This document shows, one piece after another, positions 13,001 to 26,375 of a stretch of 64,000 nucleotides of DNA (within the stretch, counting starts at the first letter, position 1; every line of letters begins with the position of its first letter). The DNA comes from Moniliella sp. 'wahieum'. Its lineage: Eukaryota. A model generated the notes under the pieces. It saw nothing but the letters and a program-made list of their open reading frames with translations. It did no database searches and was not told where the DNA came from. The position numbers and the translations under genes were made by a program. The stretch covers positions 868,001 to 932,000 of the forward strand of contig RSEE01000012.1 of NCBI GenBank assembly GCA_003971905.1, given 5' to 3'.

Positions 13001-13397
13001 TGAAGGTACCACGGTGGCCGCTGTTGGGCCTGCCGTCGTAGGAGTCGGGCCTGGGATGGAAGTTGGGCTTGCGGTTGAAGTTATAGTTGGACTTGTACCC
13101 GGGCGGCCGGTTGGGCCTGGAGTCGAGGCCCGGACCGGTGTTTGGGCCTCGCCTGTTGCCAGTAAAGGGGCGCCGAAAGGGGGGACTGGAGCGGTTGGTT
13201 TCGAACGGGAGAGGGGACTTTTTATACGCGGGGGCGTCCTTGTCACTCCGCAGACGCAGGGGGGCTTCGTGCGCCTCGCGGGTGACAGGCGCGCTGCTGC
13301 TCAGTCCGCGTCGCGCCCATCGGGGGGCAGCGGCAAGAGGGAGCGGGCTGCGGAGCACGCCCACTGTGCGGGCGCGTGCGATGGCAGCGATGGACAT
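10071..13397 (-). CDS. SUV3: Mitochondrial ATP-dependent RNA helicase Suv3
   Basis: Arg/Ala-rich presequence MSIAAIARARTV. Motifs HLHVGPTNSGKT, YAGPLRLLAHE, VAVIDEIQMI, GDCIVAFSR, VASDAIGMGLNL and KQIAGRAGRYG. The 3' end is uncertain (10071 or 9934). Confidence 0.93.
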
Positions 13398-14160
13398 CGT
13401 CGCTCCAGTGGTGGCCAGGGAGGCGAGGCAGACAGGAGGCGGCCGGGCGGAGCAGAGCGGCGTCTCCCGAGAGCAGCTGGCCGGCCGACATACTTTGGGC
13501 GAAGAGCTTCGCTTCCCAAAATATATCCGGTGCAAGTGCCCTCTTCTTCCGCCCGCCGCGGAACAACTGCCGGTGTGGCTAATTTCAACTTTCACACCAG
13601 CGCTGGGGTAGGGTGCAGTTGTCTGTTTTTTTTTTTCTTCAGCCACTCGGCTCCGCATCGGCCCGGATGGGGCCCGGCTTTTTTTCACGGCCCAGCCGCC
13701 GAGGTGTATTCCAGCTGTCTGCTCTTCGGGCTCCAAGGAGCTTAATCAGCCACACGGCTTCATTTGTGCCATAGCACCGACTGGTCCTCCTCTGAATCCA
13801 AGCATTTGGAGGCCCAACGCTTTTGACGGCCGTAACCGGCTGACCGGCAACCCTGGGTTTTTTGACTCGTGGCGCAGGTGGGTGTGGGTACGGTAGTGCG
13901 GGTCCGCCCTGTGTCTTCGCCGGCAAGCAGCACAGCAGCAGCACCCACACGGTGGCTGAGAATGAAAACAGGTGCGTGTGCGTGCTGTCAGTCTGCCCGC
14001 CACCGCGCGACCATGTGATCGAGATCATCGATCCCTTGGTGATCACGACCTAATAAGAGCGCGTGACACGACAGCCCGGATTTAATTTTTCTTCGCCCCA
14101 GCCCAACAGATCCATCTCCCCATCTCGCCAACCAGCGCGTCTCCCTTCTCGGTGGCGTTC

Positions 14161-15440
14161 ATGGCCTTTTCTCTCCGCCCACGCCTGCTCCCCCGCCACC
14201 ACATCTCTTCGCTCACATCTCCCCTCACCACCCCCACCCCTGCCCGCACTCTCGCCACTGTTACGCCTGCCCCCTCCTCTTCTTCCACCGCTATGCCTTC
14301 CACCACTACTGCCGCTCCTGCTTCGCACCCCGTGCCCCCTCGCCGACCGTCCAAGGCGGCGACTGACCATCTCGGTCAGTCTGCCCCTTCAACGTCGATT
14401 GAGAGCGGGATCGAGGTTCTCCACACGGTTGACGGGGTGCGCCAGTGGCGGCACCGCGCCATGCGCGCTGGTCGCTCGGTGGGGTTTGTGGCTACCATGG
14501 GTGCACTCCACGCTGGCCACTTGAGTTTGGTTCAGCGCAGCTTGGATCAGAATGACGAGACCATCGTATCGGTCTTTGTCAATCCCGCCCAGTTTGCCCC
14601 CCATGAGGACTTGGCTGCTTACCCGCGCACCCTGCCTGCCGATGCTGCCGCTTTGGCTTCACTTCACTCCTCCGTTCCCCTGGCAAGCGAGGATGACCCC
14701 ACCCCTCATCCACCCGCTTCGCCACGCCGCGTGGCTCGCATCTTTGCCCCCGCGGTGTCGGAAATGTACCCTAATGGGTTCACCCAGACCGTTGCCGATC
14801 AGGTGGGCGCTTTCGTTGAGGTCAAAGGTCTGAGCGAGCAGATGGAGGGGGCGTCGCGACCTACTTTTTTCCGTGGCGTGGCTACCGTTGTCACCAAGCT
14901 CTTTCACATTGTCCAGCCAGACCACACGTACTTTGGCCAAAAGGATATTCAACAAGCCCTCATCCTGCGCCGTCTCGTGTCCGACCTCCGGTTCTCTTAC
15001 CCTCCTTCGGCCGACCATTTGGTCATCATGCCCATCGCACGCGACCCCACCACCGGTCTTGCCCTCAGCAGTCGTAACACCTACCTTTCCCCGAAAGTGC
15101 GTGAATTCCATGCTACTGCCCTCTACCACGCGTTGTGTGCGGCCAGTACGCGTGGGAAGCCACCTCGGACCCATCGGACCGTGTCGCGCGCGCGCTCGAT
15201 GCCGCTCATTCCACCCTAGCTGCCGAGGCTCATCGCGCGCACCAAGACGGCGTTTATCTTGAACTGGACTACCTCACCCTCAACGACCCTTCCACGTTTG
15301 TCCAACTTGGCCCCCATGACGCGCCTTCCAGTGCTATCTTTTCGGGCGCGATCAACATTGCCGATGCCTTGCCTGATGGCCAACCAGCTTCGAGGCCGAC
15401 CCGGCTGATTGACAATGTGTTGCTTGGGTTTTCCGTCTGA
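14161..15440 (+). CDS. PAN6: Pantoate-beta-alanine ligase (pantothenate synthetase)
   Basis: VGFVATMGALHAGHLSLV, SVFVNPAQF, EGASRPTFFRGVATVVTKLF, YFGQKDIQQ, GLALSSRN and TRLIDNVLLG. One frameshift near 15150. Confidence 0.95.
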
Positions 15441-16274
15441 GTTTGCATTCGCTTCACGCCTTCCCTTGGCGCACACTGCTCCCAATTGTTTCCCTGCACT
15501 GGTGTTTACAGCTTTGTGTCCCCCCTCCCCCACCTCCCCAAAGAGGTTTGTGCCTCGGTACCAAAATGTCTCTGTATCTTCCTTCCACTTGACTACCGAC
15601 TTTTGACCTCTCTATTTGTAACCACTACTTCTCGCTACGAGCACCACGTCTCTTGTCCGCATGGGCCATCCCTGAGCACTCCCGTGAGCTGTTGTACTGG
15701 GATGGGTACAAATTGTAGCACATGCGGTTGTATCCCAGAGCATCATCCCATCGATGAGGTCTGAGGCTCAGATCTGAGGTGAAGTCAAGTTTTTTATATT
15801 CCACCCTCACCGCGCTCAACTTGGCCTTTGCTGTAGGCGCAGATGAAGATGTCGGTACATGCAGCACGCCTTGGCCTGCATCCAATCCAATATGGGTCTC
15901 CTTTCTCCCCCTAGCCCTGCTGCTGTCCCCGCGGCCATACTTCCCAACGAGATTGTCTTGGCATTGTTGCGGCAAGAGCAGCATAAACTTTCCAGTATTA
16001 TCTACCAGCCTTCCCAGCCCCAGCCCCATGCCTCCCCGTAATGAACGAGGTGATCCACAACCACACTCTGCTGTTGTTAGTTGTCATCTGGACTCGCAAG
16101 CGCAAGCGCAAGTGACGAGAACCGAGGTGTGATACTGCAAAACCATCTCGTCAACGTCCATTTGCCAACTAAGCTATGCCCTGTATCAAGGTATATATCA
16201 TGCAACCTGTCCAAGTAGGAACTAGGACCACCGCCACAATCGCACAGCTTCCGGCTAGGGTATAACAGATTGGA

Positions 16275-17466
16275 CTAATCAATCACCTCTGCCGCCGACG
16301 TGGCCGAGTTGCCCATCTTGAGGCGGCGTACATGCATGGCAGTACGGCGTGCCATCAACTCATCACTGACCAAGTCGGCTGCGCGAAGAGTCACCGTGCA
16401 GCCCGAGACGGGGCAACGGGCAGCACGGTTGGCCAGGTGCTGGACAATGGCGTCGCGGCTGTAGATGTGTTGGCAAGCCGGGTTCTTGACCGGACGGGAA
16501 AAGTAGTCTTGGGTCAGAGGGCATTTGAACGAGACCACCACCCCGCCCATTTGCAAATCATCGTCCGAGTCGTTCCCATCGCCTTCTCGGCCGGAAACAG
16601 TTCTTTGAGCGCTGGCATCGGTTCAGTTTCCAAATGACTCGCATCCTGTTCCGCTTCGAAGTTAGTACTACCCATGCCATCTAAGAGCAACAAGCAACGT
16701 ACCCAAGATAGCGTACGGAAGTACAAGTAGACGTCGTTGTCCTCAGCCGCGTACTTTTGGCGCGGGGTTAGTGCCTCGTACTTGCGGTCCAGTTCTGCAG
16801 TGGCGGCGCGGAAGGTCTGTGCCAAGTTTTCAATAGGTTCCCCGGCGGCGGTCATGGTGCGCAAGCGATCGAGCGCGCGCATGCGTTGCTTGGACCTGCT
16901 CGTGACGTCGGACAATTGACGGGCATAGTCATCTAGCGCTTGGTAGTGCCGCGACTCGCTCTGCCCCTGGGTACGAGCCTGTTCCTCGGAATAGGCAGAC
17001 GTGTTGCCCAAGAGACGACTGCTCTTCACGACAAACGATCGTACTTTTTCCCACTGGCTCGCCTGCTCACCCAGTACCACTTCCACCGCTGCTTCATCCA
17101 GCTTGCTCGGCTCTTCCGACCGTTTCTGCCATGCAACCCAATTCGCATCCTCATCAGGATCGTCCTCCTCTTCCTCCTCCTCCTCCTCGAGGCGCTGGGT
17201 GAAGCGCTGCAGGAATTCGCCCGTGCCATCATCGTCGACGGCATCCGCAGCAGGGCGGTGGCGGTGGCGGCGCTGCGGGGACGCGGGCGCAGCGTCCTCG
17301 TCCTCGTCCTCGTCCAGGTCGATGGTTTGGGTCAGCTCGGCTGGGTCCTGGGTGGCACGGCGGTAGCGCTTGCCTGCGCGGCGGCTGTATGCTGGGACTG
17401 GGAGGGGATTTCGCCCTGCTGGTCGTCCTCGTCGTCGGGGATGATGGTACGGTGTCCACGGGCCAT
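16275..17466 (-). CDS. NSE2: SUMO E3 ligase Nse2/Mms21 (Smc5/6 subunit, SP-RING)
   Basis: C-terminal [38 protein letters not shown]...CPVSGC. Upstream [14 protein letters not shown] coiled region and an acidic N-terminus; start at MARGHRT is inferred. Confidence 0.82.
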
Positions 17467-17788
17467 GGTGATGTGGTGGGGCGATGGCAGGCCCACCGGC
17501 CTGCGCGGGGGGCTGAACGCGACGCGTCCTTCTCCCCTGAACATTTCGCCCGACGCGCGCGAATTCCGCGGTACCGGCGCCGATGGGGCTCATACTGGTT
17601 CCGCCCTGCCCCAGCCACTTTTTTGTGCCCAAGCCAGCCTGCGTGATTTGGTGTCGGCGCCCCCCGGACACAGCAGCCCACCCGCACGGACGCGCCTCCA
17701 CAACGAGCGACGGCGCGCTAACAGACGGTCATCTGTGCCTCCTCCTTCTCGCCGTGCGCGCCATCCTCCAGCACTCCAGCGCCCAGCC

Positions 17789-19864
<2,076 letters not shown>

Positions 19865-20086
19865 GCACCTGCGTATATATTGGCAATATCATATGGTCTG
19901 CTTGGTGTTAGCGTCCTGGGCCGAGATGGGAGTAGGGGGTTGGCTTCACGGTGGGCCAGCGGCGTGGTCAGCGTCCCAGTGCTCTAGGGCGGCTGTAGTG
20001 ACGGTGGAGAGCTCGCAGGGCTAGTCAGATAGGGGTCGGGCCTTTGTCTTAAGGTCTCCAACCCCTGAGTGCAACTGATTGCTCCA

Positions 20087-20218
20087 TTCAAGCTTCAAGC
20101 TTCAAAGCTTCAAGCCAGTTCAAAAAGCTTCACGATTCCAGCGTGTATATTGAGTCTTCAACGTGTGCACCGTTGACCGTCAACGCGTCAACGCGTCAAG
20201 CCGCAACGCTCAACGTGC
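20087..20218. repeat. TTCAAGC (AAGCTT+C) array followed by a CAACG/CGTTG array
   Basis: ttcaagcttcaagcttcaaagcttcaagc at 20087-20115, then tcaacgtg...cgttgaccgtcaacgcgtcaacgcgtcaag. Confidence 0.75.
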
Positions 20219-21038
20219 TCGAGGCTGCCTCGCTCGTGTGGGAGCGACATTGGAGAGGCCGGGAGGAGCGTGGCACGTTGCGGACGGAAAGACTGCTCTG
20301 TGGTGTGTGAGCGTATGAAGGTACGAAGAGGCAAGGCCCAATAAGGATGTCTCTGGGATCGGATCGATGACCGATGGCCGCTGATCCTGCACAGTTGCCC
20401 AGAGCGAGCCGAGAGCAGCGAGGCACAGGAGCGCAGTGGCCTGGCGCAGCGCCCGGGGACTGGCGCGGTGCCTTCCACCGTCCCCACCGCCGGCATGGCA
20501 GCGCAGGGCCACACTGCCCTCCTCCTTCCGTGCCAGGAAGGATCGGCGGCGGGCAGCGCTGCACGTGGAGCAGCCCCAGGCACGGCCGCAGTGGCGCATT
20601 GCGCCCGCACGGCGCCAGTCGCGCCGCTCGGGTCCGCCACGCAAAGCCACGCAGCACTGGTGGAGCGTTGCAGGGCTCACCGCAGGACGAGCCACTAGGC
20701 TAGTCACCGGCAGTCACCAGTCACTGTACTGCTGCCCCCTGCTAGTGACCTGATCAGGGCGTGGGGCTATGGGCTGCTCTGGGCGCTTAAGCTTCCAGCC
20801 TCAGTGGTACTGTTTCGCCACCCCCACCACTTCCACCTCCTCTCTCCCTTCTACCTCTTCTCTCCCTTCGCTCCCTCCTACCTATCCCACCCCTCCTCCT
20901 CCCTCGCCCCCTCCCCGCACATTCTCTTCGTCTTCTGCGGCTGGCCGCCCTCTGTTTGTCCCACTGCCCTCTGTTCCGTCGGTACGTATGTGAATGGCCG
21001 GTAAGCGTGACGGTGTTCTGCTGAGAGCACGGCTGACC

Positions 21039-22414
21039 ATGGACACCTCCCATTGCCCCGTGGCCTGCCCAGCCCACGTCCCATCTCCCTGTTCTGCCCC
21101 GTTTCAGCCCCCTGCCATCCGTCCTTTTCTTTTCCACATGTCTGCCTTGCCTCCTCTCTGCTCCATCCAGCTGGCCTGGTCTGCCGCTGGTGTTGCCTCC
21201 CCCGCGACACGGAGTCGGCTTGCGATTTGGACCTCGACACCGCCCCTGTCCCAGCCCTAGTGGACACGAGCGATGACGAGGTGGAAAGCGCGACCAGCTC
21301 GCCGTGTACATCTCTCGGCTCCCTCCGCGACTTTGCTGCGGTCGGTGTCCACCCCGCTGTTAGCACCAAACCTATGGCGAAGAGTTCCCGGTGCCCATCG
21401 AGTCCGTCGCGCCCGGCACCCTTACTCACGTGTCTCATCCGCCGCGCGTTACCACCTTCCGCATCGACCCCACCCCTGCTTGGATGGCTGCCTCGGACGC
21501 CAGCAGCAGTCCGCTGATCGAGTGCTGGGACTGGGACCACGTTGTGGGCCCCGCCCCGCTTGGGCGCACTGGCCCTACCGTGACCCCTCCACTCCCTGCG
21601 CTCTCGAGTCAGCCGCGTCAGGCGGTCATCGACGGTCGTGCATTCCATCATCCCGGTCCCTCTGTACCTCTCCCCTCGTCTGTACCCTTTCCCACCGCCT
21701 CTCCCCGCCCGGCATCGCCGTCGCGCGTGTCACTTGCCATGCGCCGTGCTGTCCAGCGCCGCCTTAGTAACTCGTCCCACTCAGGCTCCAGCCCGCGCAC
21801 GACCGCGGGCCAGGACGCCCCCCTTGGTCCGCCACAGATCATTGTCACCCCCCCGGACAGTGTGGAGCCTCCCCGCGTGGGCCTAGGGCTGGGCCTCGAG
21901 TTGGAGCTGGAGATGGGCATGGGCATGGCCAGGAGTCCAGTTCGCCGCCGGACACGCCGCGTCGGTCCAGGGATGTGCCACCGAATTGCCCATCCCCACC
22001 GTTCTCATCACCCCTCCGACGCAGGGCTGCGGCGGTGAGAACAATGCAAGCGCGTCTGTCCAGCAGCACGAGCCCCATGCCCCGACGAGCGCTCTGCCCC
22101 CCACTGCCCCCTTTGACCGGTTCAAGGGGGAGACATTTGAGGACGAGATGGACATTGACCTTAGTTTGGCCCAAGTCGTTGCCCCGCCCACGGCTACAAC
22201 CCTCTCAACCCAGGAGGAGGATTGTGGTTCGTTCCACTGGGACGCGGCGCTTCCTTCCTCCCCTGTGCTTCAGGAGGAAATGGAGACCGACGACGAGCGC
22301 TCGCCCTCTCCTACCCAGTCTTGCTTCCCGGATCGTCCCCGTACGGTCAGCAAGCGTTTGGCCGGACGCAAGATGGTCCAGCGTCTCGGTCTCCGTGCCG
22401 GACTGGTCTACTAA
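21039..22414 (+). CDS. Hypothetical Ser/Pro-rich low-complexity protein
   Basis: Overlapping + ORFs 21053-21517, 21391-22038 and 21986-22414 chain into a protein-like sequence ending SKRLAGRKMVQRLGLRAGLVY*. A pyrimidine-rich leader lies upstream. Start uncertain; no recognised domain. Confidence 0.4.
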
Positions 22415-23079
22415 GCATTCCAACCCCCCCCCCCCCGCCCCATTCCACCCCAACACCCGCCTTCCTCCTTCTCCATCTCCCCTCTCTAGCTGGCTAGAGA
22501 AGAGTGGGATGCCCCCCGCTGGCCGGGCTGTATCTGTTGGGACTGTGCCCTGCGCGTTGCACTACCTTACTTTGGTCCTGTTCGCCCTCTGGTCCTGTCT
22601 TTTGCTCGTCAGGGAGGTGCGCACTGGTCCCCCCCCTGAACGATCCTTGCCTCGTCGGAGGCATTGACTCTCCGCCATTTCTTCCTGAATTGTTACTAGC
22701 TCTGATTCTTGTTGGATTGCCACATGCTTGATGTGCCCTGCCCGGATCACAGCTGGCTTTGGTCGGCCGATTCGGCTGTCAAATCACCCACCCTTACCTC
22801 TCACAGCTGATTTGCTTGCGGAGCGTTCGCTTTCTGAACGACAACGATTGCATTGCCTTGGAACCGCGCTCGAGCCCCGACTGTCCCATGCGTCCCATAC
22901 TACACCACAGATATATGTGCTATAGCAAACAGACACAGGTACACTACCATCAAACAGGATTAATCGATAATTAGCCACAGCCCAAATGCATGAAAAAGAC
23001 GACAAAAGGTAACAACCACAGCCCGACCGGTAAGCATGAAAAACCCAAAGTACTCGACAAGTACGTTCGGACCCTGCGC

Positions 23080-24703
23080 TCACAGCGGTCCCGAACGCTG
23101 CGTGTCCGTCCAAACCGACGGATCCACCTCCAATTCACGCGTGTCCTCCTCCTCCTCCTCTTCCTCCGAGTCGAACGGATTGAGCACGATATCCGCGTCC
23201 ATCTCGTGAGGGAGCAGCGACGCGGGGGTCGAGGAACTCAAGGCGGGAGCAGCGCGGGTGCCTGTACGTGACCCGAGCGCACTCGACTCGAGCCCGAGCC
23301 CCGGCAACTCATCGTCCGACACATCCTCCACATCTAGTACCTTGATTGTGCGACGCCCGCTTGGGCGCACGGGACCGTCCGCCTCCTCGTCCGGCAGAGC
23401 AATTTGGCCCTCGGGACCAGGCGCGTCCTCGAGCGGCGGGGCGGTAGAGAACTTGCGAATGGCCACAGGCACCAGAGCGGCGACGATCATGCCGCCCAAG
23501 ATGAGGCGTTGTGGAGCGAGACGAGGTGGAACTCGTCTGGACTTGCCATCTCGTCCAACTTTTGGCCAATCGTCACATGGATAAACGACACGGCCGCAAT
23601 CCCCAGCGCGGTGGAAATCCAAAAGGTGGGCAGACTGATGCCCAAGTGTGGGGCGAGCACATTGATCACACTGTGGGGAGGAACGGGCGCCATGCGCACC
23701 ACGACCAAGTAACTGATCAGGTTCGATTCTTGGTTGATTCGCACTTTCCAGCTGTCAACACGCCGTTTCCAGTTGGGCAGCACACGCAGTAGTTCCCCCA
23801 TTGGCATGCTCAGTAGGTACGCCAGAGATGCACCCGTTGCGATGGTCTGACCAGGGCGGGGCGGGGTAGGGAAGGGTCAGGGAGAGAACGTCAGCAAAGG
23901 CCAAAAAAAGGTAAAAGACGAGGGTCGACCAGGCAGCCGAAAGCCAGGCACAGCCAAGCAAGCCAATCAGAAACGTACACAAACAACAAGGGGATACGCC
24001 ACTTTGGTGCCCCAGACCGCGCCGCAAATGATGGACATGTACATGCTTCCAGGCACAGCAAAGGTCTGGAGGAAAAAGTAGATGGCAAGCCAGGAGAGGA
24101 GCAGGCGCGCATTGTACCGGTCCTTGTACCGTTTGAGCAGCGTGTTGAGTGCCTTGAGTTGGTCAAACGAGCGAGGCAAGCGGAAATCTTCCTTGTCCTC
24201 CGGGTCCACCCGGGGCAAACTCCAGTACAGCGTCAGGCCAAGCACCACGACCGAGGCCGTGAAGATGAGAGCCACCTTGGTTGCGACCGAGACGAGCACA
24301 CGCCGACGCTCGGCCGCCGTGAGCGGCTTGTAGGCCGGGTCGAGAAGACGATCTGGGTCCGACGGCGGCGGGCCTTCGATCCAATGCCGTACATGCTGGC
24401 GCAGACGCGCCAGACGACCTTGCCGCCGGGGCGGCAGGGCCAAATGATCAGAGCGCTCGGTAAAGCCACGGTAGGTAACACCTGCCACACTCGCATCAGC
24501 CACGGCGGCCGCATCGGGCTCGGCCTCCGGCTCCCAGCCGGCGAGCTGGTGGGGGGCCGAGGTGCGCAGGGACGGGCGGCGGAGCGTGTGGAGACTGACG
24601 CGGCTGTATGCCGAGTCGGAGGGGGCATCGGAGTCGTCGGCGTCGGTGTCGGGGCGGCGCGCACGGGGCGCGAGGAAGGCGGCCGGGAGCGCGGGGGAGG
24701 CAT
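23080..24703 (-). CDS. TMEM41/Tvp38-like VTT (DedA, SNARE-associated) membrane protein
   Basis: YFFLQTFAVPGSMYMSIICGAVWG and SYLVVVRMAPVPPHSVINVLAPHLGISLPTFWISTALG are typical VTT-domain segments. Intron ~23848-23977; start inferred. Confidence 0.85.
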
Positions 24704-24770
24704 GGCAGCTGGTGGCGGCAGACGCACCTACATGGGTGCGGCGCGTGCTGAGGCGGCGCTGGGCGCGGCG

Positions 24771-24862
24771 GCTGAGGCTGAGCGCCCTGGGCTGCGCTGA
24801 GGCTCAGCGTCAGCTGAGTTGTATTCAGCCACCACTCAGTACTCAGACTCAGTACTCTCACT
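24771..24862. repeat. Degenerate CTGAG/CTCAG array in a divergent promoter
   Basis: gctgaggctgagcg...gctgaggctcagcgtcagctgag...actcagtactcagactcagtactc. Confidence 0.75.
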
Positions 24863-25060
24863 CGAATGGAGGAGCGCCTCCCACCGCTTGCTACCGGTCA
24901 CATGACCGGGCGGGTGCCCGGCCTGACGTAAGCAGCGTCGCATTGTGCATTATGCATTACGAAGAACGCAGGCCAGCAACCCTAGCCTCTCCTTCTTCTC
25001 CCCCCGACACTGGCGGGTGCGGGACGCAGGGCCTGCACGCTGGCGGCGGCGGGTGCTGCT

Positions 25061-25740
25061 ATGCTGCTGCTACGCCGCTGCTCCGTGGCTGCCCGAGGCC
25101 GCTGCCCACCACCCGCGCCTTCTCCGCCATGCTGCCCACCGCCGCGTCGCCGTCGACTTTGCCAAGGTCTACTCCCAGCTCGCCCTCGGCCCCGAGACCG
25201 TGTCGGGCCTGGCCGCGTTCAAGAAGCGCGCCGACGACGCCAAGAAGCACCTTGTCTCCCTCCAGGCCGAGCCGACGACCGTCGACTTTGCCCACTACCG
25301 CAGCGTCCTCAAGGTGCGTCCTTCTCCCGTGCTCTCGACCCATCCGTGCGCACTGCTCGACGAATGTGGCCCCGTGTCTGACATGCAGTGGTCTGGCTTG
25401 TTTCCAGAACGCCAAGGTGGTGGATGAGCTGGAAGGCCTGGTGGCCAAGTTCCAGCCGGTGACGTACGACGTGTCGTCGCAGGTCAAGGCCATCGAGGCC
25501 TTTGAGGCCAAGGCAGTGGAGCAGGCCGAAGCGTCGGCAAAGAAGGTCGACAGCGAACTGGTCTCCCTCAAGGCCACGCTCGACAACATTGCCCAGGCCC
25601 GCCCGGCCGACCAGCTGACCACGACGGACGTGATCAATGCCAAGCCCGAAATCCAGGCCACCGTCGCCGAGATGGTCAAGAACGGCAAGTGGGGCGTCCC
25701 CGGGTACTACGAGAAGTTTGGCTCGCTTTCGGTCATTTAA
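25061..25740 (+). CDS. ATP7: Mitochondrial ATP synthase subunit d
   Basis: VDFAKVYSQLALGPETVSGLAAFKKR...VDFAHYRSVLK, intron 25314-25407, NAKVVDELE...MVKNGKWGVPGYYEKFGSLSVI*. Start codon uncertain (25061 or 25129). Confidence 0.93.
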
Positions 25741-26375
25741 GCTGCCCACCTACTGCTGTGGCTACCCAGTCAAATTATCGATTGCCCCCTCCCACTTTGT
25801 CCATGCGGCTGCGGCGGGAAGTGGTGGCAGAGCGAAAGAGACATACAGCAGAACCAAACGGACAGGCACTAGGATACTAGGATGAGGTGCGGAATAGGAA
25901 AGGGCGATCAGGTCGGTGGACGCGGCTCGGACGGAAGCTAGGTGGTATAAGCATTCGGCAGGTCGAGCTGACTGTGCCTGGCGTAGAGTGCGGACTATGT
26001 ACGCACAACACAGAGCTTGCGTGGTTGTGAGCTTAGGTAGTGGTGGGCAGCACAGGTCGCTCAGACTGAGCGAGCAGGTAGGTAGGTAGGTGATGCGGTG
26101 ACGTCCGCTCCCTACCGGGTTAGCGAGTCCAGTTTGCTCAAGCCCTAACTAATTTTTGACGCTGGTGGTCCAGCCCAGGCAATTGGCAAGTGACGCCTAC
26201 CTCTTGCACTGTGCACGAGGAGCGCCCGTCTACCCCAAGTCGGCTACAAACACTACGAGAAAGGGAGCTGGATAACAAGGATACCAATGCGGTTAATGAG
26301 GGGGTGGAGGGGGAAAGGGATACAAGTCGAGAAAACTTTTTTTTTCGAGTACAGAGCAACAAGCCGTCGGGAAGA

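Noticed and set aside
15600..16200. Small gene between PAN6 and NSE2 (TATAAAAA on the minus strand near 15790-15798)
   Set aside because: The short ORFs lack recognisable motifs or a CAAX end; the region may simply be convergent 3' UTRs.
14161..16270. Mating-type (pheromone/receptor) locus, suggested by PAN6, which flanks P/R loci in several basidiomycetes, and by fuz7 nearby
   Set aside because: I found no STE3-like 7-TM receptor, no short CAAX-ending pheromone ORF and no homeodomain gene in the window.
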